A stretch of DNA of 32,000 bases, taken from positions 480,001 through 512,000 of the forward strand of contig CP064967.1 in NCBI GenBank assembly GCA_016699265.1, in the 5' to 3' direction. A program made the translations under genes and the position numbers. Source of the stretch: Candidatus Saccharimonadota bacterium (GTDB lineage: Bacteria > Patescibacteriota > Microgenomatia > UBA1406 > GWC2-37-13). This document shows, one piece after another, positions 15,709-23,798 of the stretch (position 1 is the first letter of the stretch; each line of letters begins with the position of its first letter). The notes beneath the pieces are model-generated. The model was not told the DNA's origin and did not search any database. It saw only the letters and a list, made by a program, of their open reading frames with translations.

Positions 15709-16998
15709 TTACGGTATGAACTGTTTCATTAGGTCCTTCAATTTTGAGACTGAACTGCCTATCGAAAGATCCTTAAAAATTTTATTAAACTTCACCATGC
15801 TGGATTCGTGGTCAATTATATTTTTTCCGCCAGATAAAATCAACCCGACGTTCGTAGCATACTGTGGATCTAGAACCTCATCAACTAGACCGGAGACACC
15901 AGTTGGATACCCTATTCTAATTGGCAAACCAACCACCTTACGTCCCACCTCAATCATTCCGATAGTATGTGCTCCACCTCCGGTAATAACAAGTCCCGAC
16001 GGAACATTTGAGCTAAATCCACTTTTTTCAATTTCCGTTGAAATGAGTTTATATATTTCCTCAACACGTGCACCGATTATGCTGTCAAGAAGCAACTTTG
16101 GAGTTACATCATTCACAACCTCTGGTAGATGTAGAGCAGAAAAGTCGATGACATCGTGTTTTTTCTTTGCATTCTGAATAGGAACCTCGCGTTTTCCATA
16201 GTCCTGAAATTCTTTTGTTAAAAATAGTTTTATTCTTTCTGCTGATTCTAAGGAAACTCGCAAACCAACAGCAATGTCATTTGTTATATGTCTTGCGCCT
16301 ATTGGAATCGACGACGAATAAGAGATAGCTCCGTCGCTATAAAGACAGATATCTATTTTGCCTCCACCGATATCTACAAGAACTACTCCAAGCTCTTTTT
16401 CGGTATCTGTTAGCACCGCTTCTGCTGAAGCGTATCCAGCAAATACAAAGCCACAGTTCTCAATTCCTAAGTCCGAGAAGCAGCGATCAATATTTTTAAG
16501 GTTTGTTAATGAGGCTGTAATTATGTGAGAATCTACCTCGAGACGAATGCCACTCATCCCAACGGGGTTTTTGATACCTGACTGGCCATCAACAATATAC
16601 TCTCGGGGAGAAACATCAATTATTTGTCTTGTCGTTGAGAGAGAAATTGCGCGAGCTGCTTCTGCTACACGATCTACATCTTCTTGGCTAATTTCACCTT
16701 GTGGATTTGAAACTGCAACTACTCCATGCGAGTTTAGGGATGTAATATGGGGTCCTCCAACAGACGAAAATGCTCTGGTTATCTTTTGACCAGCCATCCT
16801 CTCTGCCTTCTCAACACTTTGATCAACCGCAGCGGTAACCTGATCTATGTCAACAACTAATCCTTTCTTTACTCCTCGAGACGGCGCCGTATGAAAACCT
16901 ATAATTCGTGGTTCTTTTTCTTCAGGAGAGTTTACAGCAACTAGAGTAGAAATTTTAGAACTTCCAATGTCGATTCCGCAAATAAATTGGTCAGGCAT
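15709..16998 (-). CDS. ftsA: Cell division protein FtsA
   Basis: It is actin-fold: GIDIGSSKI, VLVDIGGGKIDI, LVITGGGA. It lies immediately upstream of ftsZ with a 3-nt gap. Confidence 0.93.
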   Translation of the reverse strand: MPDQFICGIDIGSSKISTLVAVNSPEEKEPRIIGFHTAPSRGVKKGLVVDIDQVTAAVDQSVEKAERMAGQKITRAFSSVGGPHITSLNSHGVVAVSNPQGEISQEDVDRVAEAARAISLSTTRQIIDVSPREYIVDGQSGIKNPVGMSGIRLEVDSHIITASLTNLKNIDRCFSDLGIENCGFVFAGYASAEAVLTDTEKELGVVLVDIGGGKIDICLYSDGAISYSSSIPIGARHITNDIAVGLRVSLESAERIKLFLTKEFQDYGKREVPIQNAKKKHDVIDFSALHLPEVVNDVTPKLLLDSIIGARVEEIYKLISTEIEKSGFSSNVPSGLVITGGGAHTIGMIEVGRKVVGLPIRIGYPTGVSGLVDEVLDPQYATNVGLILSGGKNIIDHESSMVKFNKIFKDLSIGSSVSKLKDLMKQFIP

Positions 16999-17010
16999 TA
17001 TTATTATTTG

Positions 17011-17046
17011 TCTATAAAGTCTATAAAGCTCGTAAAGTCTCTAAAG
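17011..17046. repeat. 4 x 9-bp tandem repeat in the ftsQ-ftsA spacer
   Basis: The units are TCTATAAAG TCTATAAAG CTCGTAAAG TCTCTAAAG, read directly from the sequence. Confidence 0.9.
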
Positions 17047-17062
17047 CACTTTGCTTTATGGA

Positions 17063-17803
17063 CTACTTAGTCATTACTGGCTTATCAAAACGAACATCAA
17101 GACGTTTGAATTTGGTTCCATCCACTTTGAACTGTCTTAGAATGGACGAAATTTGGTATTCTTGTTTTTGAATATTCTTTTCAGTTGTAACCAAGACTTC
17201 TCTAGAGTCCTCCAACACTAATCGTATCATATAAAAACTGTCGATATCAACTTGGATAACTTTATATCCTAGAGTACGTAAGATGCGGATAAACTGAATC
17301 GCAATCTGCAGGTCCTTAAATGAGAGAACGTCACCTATTTTTACATCTTCCTTAAAAAGTTCTTGATAATATATTATCTCTGGTATATTGGTTGGCTTTG
17401 TTTTGACCTTCTGTAAGACTCTACCGATCGAGGTCAGTAGTACGTATTCATTACCCACCTTTAAGGATACTGATGGCCCCTCTGCGACAATTTTAATAAA
17501 CAGTTTATTTGGATATATCTTCTCAACGTACACCGTCGAAACTCCTGGATTTTGGGCAACTATAGATTCTTGTACATTTTTCTCAGATACGAGAGGAAGG
17601 AAGGTAGAATAGAAGGATTCATAGCCCCGTACCGATTCTGTATGAGAAGGATAATTTATGAGTATCTCTTTAACCGAGAAGGCGCTCCGAATATAAATAC
17701 ACACGAAAGCTACAACGCAAACAAGTAAACTAAGTAGAAGTAGCATTCGAAGCGTTCGCCAGAACCTCTTTTGAAATCTGCTTCGCTGATGACGTTGAAT
17801 CAT
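17063..17803 (-). CDS. ftsQ: FtsQ/DivIB-like cell division protein
   Basis: The call rests on its position between murG and ftsA, a basic N-terminus followed by a TM segment (MIQRHQRSRFQKRFWRTLRMLLLLSLLVCVVAFVCIYI), and a POTRA-like region. The track ORF extends to 17920, but that would overlap murG by 191 nt. The start chosen here is Met40 (17803); 17746 is an alternative. Confidence 0.6.
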   Translation of the reverse strand: MIQRHQRSRFQKRFWRTLRMLLLLSLLVCVVAFVCIYIRSAFSVKEILINYPSHTESVRGYESFYSTFLPLVSEKNVQESIVAQNPGVSTVYVEKIYPNKLFIKIVAEGPSVSLKVGNEYVLLTSIGRVLQKVKTKPTNIPEIIYYQELFKEDVKIGDVLSFKDLQIAIQFIRILRTLGYKVIQVDIDSFYMIRLVLEDSREVLVTTEKNIQKQEYQISSILRQFKVDGTKFKRLDVRFDKPVMTK

Positions 17804-18824
17804 AGGGTAGGTTAATAGTATCAAAGTTTTTCCTATACTTTTCAAGCGATCTGTACATTTCCGTAATGTGCAGAAGGAGCTTGTCTGAACCTTTGGTCTG
17901 ATCAAAAACTTCGGCCACACCTAAGGACTTCATGTACTCGGCATGTAGTTGCTGTTCGCCAAAAGCAGACCATGGTAATGGTATTAAAATCGAAGGTTTT
18001 TTTAAGGCGAGCAACTCAAATACAGTGTTTGCTCCTGCTCTCCCAATTACGAGATCTGCTTGTCCGTAAACAAACCCGACAAGATCGGACTCAATATGAT
18101 CATAGGAAAAATAATCCTGTGATTTGAGCGATTTTGCATATTCGTCATCTTTAAACTCCGTCGATGATCCTGTTTGATGAATGACTATATACGTTTTGAG
18201 TAGCTCTGGCAATATCTCAAACACCATTTTATTTATGTCGTGCGATCCAAGTGACCCACCGGTTATGTACAAGATGGGTTTTATTTTCTTAAAGTTAGGT
18301 ATTTCCCTTTGTATTAATCCGACTTCATGTCGAATTGGGTTGCCGCTTAGTATAACTTTAGATAAGGGAAAATATTTTTTCGCTTCAGGAAATGAAATGA
18401 AAATTCTTCTAGCTAGTCTTCCTATAAATCTGTTTGCTGCACCGGGGCGGATCGTTTGCTCATGAGTTATTACCGGAACATGATTGAGATATGCGGCCAC
18501 TGCTATGGGAAGTGCAATATAACCTCCAAAAGTAAGGACAACATTCGGCTTCTCTCTTTGAACGATCAAGAGCGCTTTTAAAAACCCTAACGATATTCTG
18601 ATTACATTGGTTATTGTCTGTAGTGTAAGAGTTCTTGTAAGGCGACCAGCTGGAAGATCTAAAAACGTAAAACCTCTTTTCTTAATCTCCTTAAACTCGA
18701 GCGATTCTGAAGAGTCAGATGATAGTGCAAATTTGCGGCCTACGAACACAACCTCAGCGTTTTTAAGCTCATCAGCCACTGCCAAAGCAGGCGTTATATG
18801 TCCACCGGTAATTAGTACTTTCAT
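17730..18824 (-). CDS. murG: Lipid II synthase MurG (UDP-GlcNAc:lipid I GlcNAc transferase)
   Basis: It has MKVLITGGHITPALAVADEL (the G-loop of MurG), a GT28 architecture, and dcw synteny. Confidence 0.9.
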   Translation of the reverse strand: MKVLITGGHITPALAVADELKNAEVVFVGRKFALSSDSSESLEFKEIKKRGFTFLDLPAGRLTRTLTLQTITNVIRISLGFLKALLIVQREKPNVVLTFGGYIALPIAVAAYLNHVPVITHEQTIRPGAANRFIGRLARRIFISFPEAKKYFPLSKVILSGNPIRHEVGLIQREIPNFKKIKPILYITGGSLGSHDINKMVFEILPELLKTYIVIHQTGSSTEFKDDEYAKSLKSQDYFSYDHIESDLVGFVYGQADLVIGRAGANTVFELLALKKPSILIPLPWSAFGEQQLHAEYMKSLGVAEVFDQTKGSDKLLLHITEMYRSLEKYRKNFDTINLPYDSTSSAKQISKEVLANASNATST

Positions 18825-18825
18825 A

Positions 18826-19932
18826 TTATTTAATGTGTCCTTTCTTGCGGATATTTAATAATATCCCAATCATCGCAAAAGAAATGAGGAGATTAGAGCC
18901 TCCATAAGAAATGAACGGTAGAGGCACACCTGTTAATGGCATCAAACCGACCATACCTCCGAGATTAACGACAATTTGAATACTAAAATATACAAAAATT
19001 CCTCCAGCCAGTAGCCTTGCAAAGCGGTCAGGGGCTTTATAGGCAATTTCGTAGATTTTATAGATCAATACAATTAACGCAAAAATAAGCATCGCAGATC
19101 CAACAAATCCAAATTCCTCTCCAATGATCGCGAATATCGAATCGGTGTGAGCTTCTGGTAGATAAAGAAATTTTTGACGTGATGCTCCGAACCCAAGTCC
19201 GAATAATCCCCCGTTCTGAAGTGATATAGCTATTTGATTTACATGGTATCCGATTCCTAACGGATCGAGTGATGGATTAAGAAACGCGTTAAACCTTCTC
19301 ATGCGGTAAGGAGAAATTTTAGTTAGTACATAAAATCCTATTAATGAAGCTGGAAGGAGCAATACTAGGTATCCTAACTGAGTTCCTGCAAGGTAGTACA
19401 TAACTATGCTGAGTATAAAAATCATGGTGGCGGTTCCAAGATCTGGTTGAAGAATTATGATGAAGACTAAAAAACCTAGCAGTGAAATAAAAGGAACAAA
19501 TCGCTTTTTTTCTCGATTCATAAACCATGAAGCAAGATAGATAATTACACTGAACTTAGCCAGCTCAGTAGGCTGAATATTGAAAAAGCCAAAGTTGATC
19601 CAGCTTTGAGCACCTCCCGCTGTACTTCCCAGACCTGGTAAAAGTACTAACATCAACATTCCTATCGTGGTCATCATTGCTGGGAACGAAAGGTAGTATA
19701 GTTTTTTGTAATCAAAAAATGAGAAAAACATCATTCCCACAATACCGAGACCTATCCAAACTGCCTGAAGTTTAAAATAATGAAAGCTGTCGCCAAATTC
19801 TTGCAAAGCTCTAACCGACGATGACTCAAAAACAAAAAGAAGACCTAATAGCGATAGAACTATTGGGAGATATATAATAGAACTTTTCTTATGAACTGTG
19901 GTTTTCCTCAGCCTCGCAAATCTTTCCGACAT
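18826..19932 (-). CDS. ftsW: SEDS-family cell division protein FtsW
   Basis: It has QPTELAKF, LQPDLGTA, GLGFGASRQKFLYLPEAHTDSIFA and LPFISYGGSN. The start is set at the ATG at 19932 (MSERFARLRK...), 8 nt after the mraY stop. The longer track ORF would overlap mraY. Confidence 0.85.
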   Translation of the reverse strand: MSERFARLRKTTVHKKSSIIYLPIVLSLLGLLFVFESSSVRALQEFGDSFHYFKLQAVWIGLGIVGMMFFSFFDYKKLYYLSFPAMMTTIGMLMLVLLPGLGSTAGGAQSWINFGFFNIQPTELAKFSVIIYLASWFMNREKKRFVPFISLLGFLVFIIILQPDLGTATMIFILSIVMYYLAGTQLGYLVLLLPASLIGFYVLTKISPYRMRRFNAFLNPSLDPLGIGYHVNQIAISLQNGGLFGLGFGASRQKFLYLPEAHTDSIFAIIGEEFGFVGSAMLIFALIVLIYKIYEIAYKAPDRFARLLAGGIFVYFSIQIVVNLGGMVGLMPLTGVPLPFISYGGSNLLISFAMIGILLNIRKKGHIK

Positions 19933-19940
19933 ACTTAATT

Positions 19941-20978
19941 CTACTTGAGGAATGCAAGCATGAGGCCGAAGACGGAGAAGAGTATAGATATGAGCCAAAA
20001 TCGCATAACAATCTTGGACTCTTCCCATCCCTTTAGTTGAAGATAGAGATGAAAAGGCGCAACTGCAAAAAGTTTTTTTCCTCTTAGTTTTTTGCTCATC
20101 AACTGCAAAAACGAACTAACGATCTCTACTAAAAAAATTCCACCTATGATTGGCAGACTGAAGGACTTGCCAAGAATTAGACCTATCACTGCAAATAAAG
20201 CGCCAAATGAAAGCGAACCGGCATCACCTAGGAATATGCGAGCAGGCGGAATATTAAAGTACAGAAATGCCATCAATCCTCCAAGCCAAATCCCAATAAA
20301 CAAAGACGTGGGCACATCAATGATAGAGGCCGCTATGATCCAGAAACTCGCAAGAGAAATCATGAGAATTCCAGTCGCCAGACCGTCCAGCCCGTCCGTA
20401 ATATTGACCGCGTTGGAGAAAGCAACAATGGTAAAGGCTGCAAATGCAATATAAAAATAAGAAATGTCAAAAACTCCAAAGAATGGGACATGTACGAAGT
20501 GAATGTGAAGATCTGCATAGAGCCAGTAGGAAATCACGAGAGCCAACAATATCTCAATGAGAAGTTTAAACTTCAGCGTCACGCCAAAGAAATTGAACTT
20601 CTTCCAGAAAAATATTTTCGCAAGATCATCGTACACGCCCAACAGACCAAAGCTGAGAATGGTAAAGAGAAGTATCTTAGACTCAGCGAACAGAGATGGG
20701 AAGTTCGACTGAAGAGGGATCTTAAAGATACTAAACATCGACAGGAAGAGAAGATATAAAAGAACGGTAGAGGTAATAACGAGAAGTCCCCCTCCAACCG
20801 GTGTTCCTGCTTTATGCTTATTGAACTTATCAAAGATTGGCGTAAGCTTATTGAATGCGTCTTTGGTCTTCTGCTCCGCTCGTTGCATCTTGGTCTTGTA
20901 GAGAAAGTTGATGAACGGAACGATAAGAATCACGTTGACGATGAAGGATATGAAGGTGGCAAAGAGATATATTGGCAT
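19941..20978 (-). CDS. mraY: Phospho-N-acetylmuramoyl-pentapeptide transferase
   Basis: It has NAVNITDGLDGLA, PARIFLGDAGSLSFG and a multi-TM profile. Confidence 0.95.
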   Translation of the reverse strand: MPIYLFATFISFIVNVILIVPFINFLYKTKMQRAEQKTKDAFNKLTPIFDKFNKHKAGTPVGGGLLVITSTVLLYLLFLSMFSIFKIPLQSNFPSLFAESKILLFTILSFGLLGVYDDLAKIFFWKKFNFFGVTLKFKLLIEILLALVISYWLYADLHIHFVHVPFFGVFDISYFYIAFAAFTIVAFSNAVNITDGLDGLATGILMISLASFWIIAASIIDVPTSLFIGIWLGGLMAFLYFNIPPARIFLGDAGSLSFGALFAVIGLILGKSFSLPIIGGIFLVEIVSSFLQLMSKKLRGKKLFAVAPFHLYLQLKGWEESKIVMRFWLISILFSVFGLMLAFLK

Positions 20979-20981
20979 TTA

Positions 20982-21347
20982 TTAAAGTCCGAGTAATAAA
21001 AGAATTCTAGGAACGAAGATTATACCAGCTATCACAAGAGCACCTAGGGAAAAGATAAGCATGGCCGCTGCTGATACATCTTTTGCAAACTTGATATCCT
21101 CTCTCCATTCCTTATCGATAGCATCTGTCGTAAGTTCAATTGCGGTGTTTATTGCCTCAACCATTATGCCGATGACAATCAGACTCAGGATAAGGAGAAA
21201 CTCAAAATATGAGATATGAAGGAACCATGAAGCGAGGAGGGCAAGAACAGAAAAGAGAAAATGAATTCGGTAGTTGATCTGTGTCTTAAAAGCCCATACC
21301 ATTCCTTCGTATGCATGCCGTATTGAGATTGTATGTTTCTTAATCAT
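20982..21347 (-). CDS. dgkA: DgkA-family lipid kinase (diacylglycerol/undecaprenol kinase)
   Basis: 121 aa with 3 TM segments. MVEAINTAIELTTDAID and FAKDVSAAAML match the E-x-(L/I)-N-(S/T)-A-I-E and AKD-x-x-S-A-A-V-L signatures of prokaryotic DgkA. Confidence 0.8.
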   Translation of the reverse strand: MIKKHTISIRHAYEGMVWAFKTQINYRIHFLFSVLALLASWFLHISYFEFLLILSLIVIGIMVEAINTAIELTTDAIDKEWREDIKFAKDVSAAAMLIFSLGALVIAGIIFVPRILLLLGL

Positions 21348-21380
21348 TGGTAAGTTATATTTTTTATAAACTGAGAAATA

Positions 21381-21409
21381 AGAACTAAGAACTAAAAACT
21401 AAGAAATAA
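21381..21409. repeat. Heptamer array (AGAACTA-type); inverted-repeat partner of 30034..30062
   Basis: The sequence is AGAACTAAGAACTAAAAACTAAGAAATAA. It matches the reverse complement of 30034-30062 at 27 of 29 positions (hand alignment). Confidence 0.85.
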
Positions 21410-21415
21410 ATAAAA

Positions 21416-22733
21416 TTATACTCTTTTCAATTTACCACCAATACCAGATATTTTTTCGACAATATTTTCATAGCCTCTTTCAAGTATGCTTGCATTACTA
21501 ACCACCGTCTCACCCTTAGCTATCAGAGCGGCAATGAGTAATGTTGCGCCAGCACGAAGATCTGAAATATTTATTGCACCAGAATGAAGAGGTGCTCCCC
21601 CAGTAATACTAATTTTTTGCTTTAGAGTTTTTGTGTCATCGGCATTGAAGTGATAGATTGTCTTTTTATCAGATTCTGAGGTCTCGACATATTCTATTTG
21701 AGCACCTAGTTTAAGCAGTTCATCGACGTAGGAAAATCTGTTTTCAAAGACCGTCTCATGAATTGTCGAAATTCCATTGGACTGTGTCATCAAGACAGCC
21801 CAGTTTGGCTGCCAATCGGTCATAAACCCAGGATGAGGTTCGGTGACTATTGAAACCGGAAGAATATTTTCACGGTAGGAATACTTGATCGAGTCTTCCA
21901 ACTCCTCTACTAAAACTCCTACCTTTTTCATTGCCTCATTGAAGGTCGTGAGATACTCGGCTTTCAGGCCGTGAATCTCTACCCAACCTTTCGTGGCAAC
22001 GGCTAAGATCGCGAAGGTAACGGCCTCATTCCGATCACAAAATATGAAATGGTTTTGCCTGTTTGAGCGATCTAACTCCAGTTACAATAATGGACGTTCC
22101 CATTCTTTCTATCTTTGCTCCTGCCTCATTCAAAAACTTGATCAGCTCGTCTATCTAAGGTTCAAGGGCTGCATTTTCAATCATGATCGTCTGTGAACCG
22201 ATGGCTGCAATCATAATGAGCAGTTCGGTGCCCGTATGTGTTGGTTTAGCAAACTTGTACGAACCGTTTGGTTCAGTAGGAAGCTTAGCATCATAATATC
22301 CATCCTCAGAATGATACTCAGTAGTTACACCTAATGCCTCCATACCCTGAACAATTCTATCGATCGGCCGCATGCCAATTCTACAACCACCTGGATTTGG
22401 GATTCTGCACTCTTTAAATTTGTGAAGTAATGGCGCAAAAAGTAAAAAAGATGCACGAAGTTTTGATGCGTGAAGTAGATCTGGTTTGCTGCTGCTAAGC
22501 GTGCTTGGGTCTATAGTAACCGTTCCCCCATCTTGCTCCACCGTTGCTCCAAGCTTTTTGATAAGGTGAAGAAGTTCGTGAATGTCGTTGATCTGCGGAA
22601 CGTTTGTCAAGATGACCGGTGACTCAAATAGCAGTGATGCAATCACCGTCTTAAGCGCAAGGTTCTTAGCGCCAGATAGAGTTACCTCACCTTTCAGTAC
22701 ACCCCCTCCTTGAATTATATATGAGTCTTCCAT
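21416..22733 (-). pseudogene. murA: UDP-GlcNAc 1-carboxyvinyltransferase (murA) disrupted by an in-frame TAG and a frameshift
   Basis: The N-terminal part (22155..22733) contains SGAKNLALK and NPGGCRIGMRPID with the catalytic Cys. It stops at a TAG exactly where MurA has ENAAxEP-E-IxDL. Past the TAG, the same frame still reads IDELIKFLNEAGAKIERMGTSIIVTGVRSLKQAKPFHIL. A 1-nt frame change at the A4 run (22039-22042) is then needed to reach FCDRNEAVTFAILAVATKGWVEIHG...MKKVG and the C-terminal part (21416..21931: FMTDWQPN, ETVFENRF, DLRAGATL, ERGYENI). Confidence 0.75.
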
Positions 22734-22741
22734 TGATTTAT

Positions 22742-22843
22742 TTTTTAATTTTTAGTTTTTAGTTTTTATTCAATTTGTAATGTTTAGTTTTTAAAATTCA
22801 AAATAGAATACCGATTTCAAACTTCAAACTTAAAATTTCAAAT
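22742..22843. repeat. Two 4 x 7-bp tandem arrays in the murB-murA spacer
   Basis: Positions 22742-22769 read TTTTTAA TTTTTAG TTTTTAG TTTTTAT. Positions 22816-22843 read TTCAAAC TTCAAAC TTAAAAT TTCAAAT. Confidence 0.9.
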
Positions 22844-23718
22844 TACTCAATGATTCTAACCTCTTCCTTTAACTCTACTCCAAACTTTGCTTTAACCTTT
22901 TCCTTTACGAGAGCTATGAGCTTCTTTAGATTTTCCATATTGTCGTCACCCTCATTAATAATGAAGTTGGCATGAATTTCCGAGACAACAAACTTACCAA
23001 CTCTCGTGCCCTTGAGTCCTGCTTTATCGATAAGCTCTCCTGCAGACTGCCCATTGATATTTTGGAATACACAACCACTTGAGGCAACTCCAAAAGGTTG
23101 TGTCTTTTTTCGGTATTCGATCGCCTCAGTCGCTCGATGCTTGAGGATATCCTTGTCGGTTTTGTTTAGTCTAAATGCTGCCTCAATAAGAACTTCATGT
23201 GTTTTTTGCAGCGTGCTATAGTCATACGCAAATTCAAAATACGCTCGGTCAACCTTTTTTTCATTACCTTCTTTATCTATGAGGGTTGCAGAGATAAGAC
23301 TATCGCCAAAATAAATGAGTGGTTTTGTCCATTTGGAATTCATATAGAGCGCGCCCCCGACCGAGCCTGGCAGTCCTTGATGATACTCAAAACCCTCAAA
23401 ACCTCTCTCAATTGTTTTTTGGACAAGCATCGAGACCGGGAGTCCGGCCGATACCTCAATATCTGCCGTAGTCTCAGTTTCACTCAGAACATTAAAATTA
23501 AAAAACTGATTACGAATCACTAATTTATCGATTTTTTCAGTTGCAAAAACGGTGTTAGAGCCGCCTCCAATAATCATTGTCTGAAGACCGTGCTCCTTCG
23601 CATATTTAAATGCTTCGATAAACTCATCACGAGTAGTAACCGTGGTGAATAAGGAGGCTACGGTGTTGGACTTAACGGTGGTAAACTGCTTAAGATTAAC
23701 GTTCTTTTGGATATTCAT
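22843..23718 (-). CDS. murB: UDP-N-acetylenolpyruvoylglucosamine reductase
   Basis: It has an FAD-binding N-terminus (...MIIGGGSNTVF) and the motifs GLPGSVGGALYMN and SSGCVFQN. Confidence 0.9.
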   Translation of the reverse strand: MNIQKNVNLKQFTTVKSNTVASLFTTVTTRDEFIEAFKYAKEHGLQTMIIGGGSNTVFATEKIDKLVIRNQFFNFNVLSETETTADIEVSAGLPVSMLVQKTIERGFEGFEYHQGLPGSVGGALYMNSKWTKPLIYFGDSLISATLIDKEGNEKKVDRAYFEFAYDYSTLQKTHEVLIEAAFRLNKTDKDILKHRATEAIEYRKKTQPFGVASSGCVFQNINGQSAGELIDKAGLKGTRVGKFVVSEIHANFIINEGDDNMENLKKLIALVKEKVKAKFGVELKEEVRIIE

Positions 23719-23798
23719 GTTGTGCCTTTTTGAAATTTGTGGCTTAGAACGTAGAACATTTTTAAATCCTAAAAAGTTCTATACTTCAAGTTCTATGC

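Noticed and set aside
14666-16177. Several plus-strand ORFs of 111-201 aa (14666..15136, 15205..15624, 15218..15553, 15572..16177).
   Set aside because: They are antisense shadows of ftsZ and ftsA. Their translations are low-complexity Ser/Pro/Ile-rich with no motifs, while the opposite strand encodes unmistakable FtsZ and FtsA.
18826-20028. The long form of ftsW (400 aa) overlapping mraY by 88 nt, and the long form of ftsQ (to 17920) overlapping murG by 191 nt.
   Set aside because: The N-terminal extensions have no TM or basic character. Internal ATGs (19932 for ftsW; 17803 or 17746 for ftsQ) give canonical N-termini and tight gene packing.
22155-22157. TAG as a sense codon, to rescue murA.
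   Set aside because: TAG is used as an ordinary stop by the dehydrogenase gene (1953-1955) and by mraY (19941-19943). A frameshift further downstream would still break the gene.
21993-22196. A 67-aa plus-strand ORF in the gap between the two murA fragments.
   Set aside because: The minus strand across this gap still translates into conserved MurA sequence (IDELIKFLNEAGAK..., CDRNEAVTF...). The plus-strand ORF is therefore an antisense artefact of the pseudogene.
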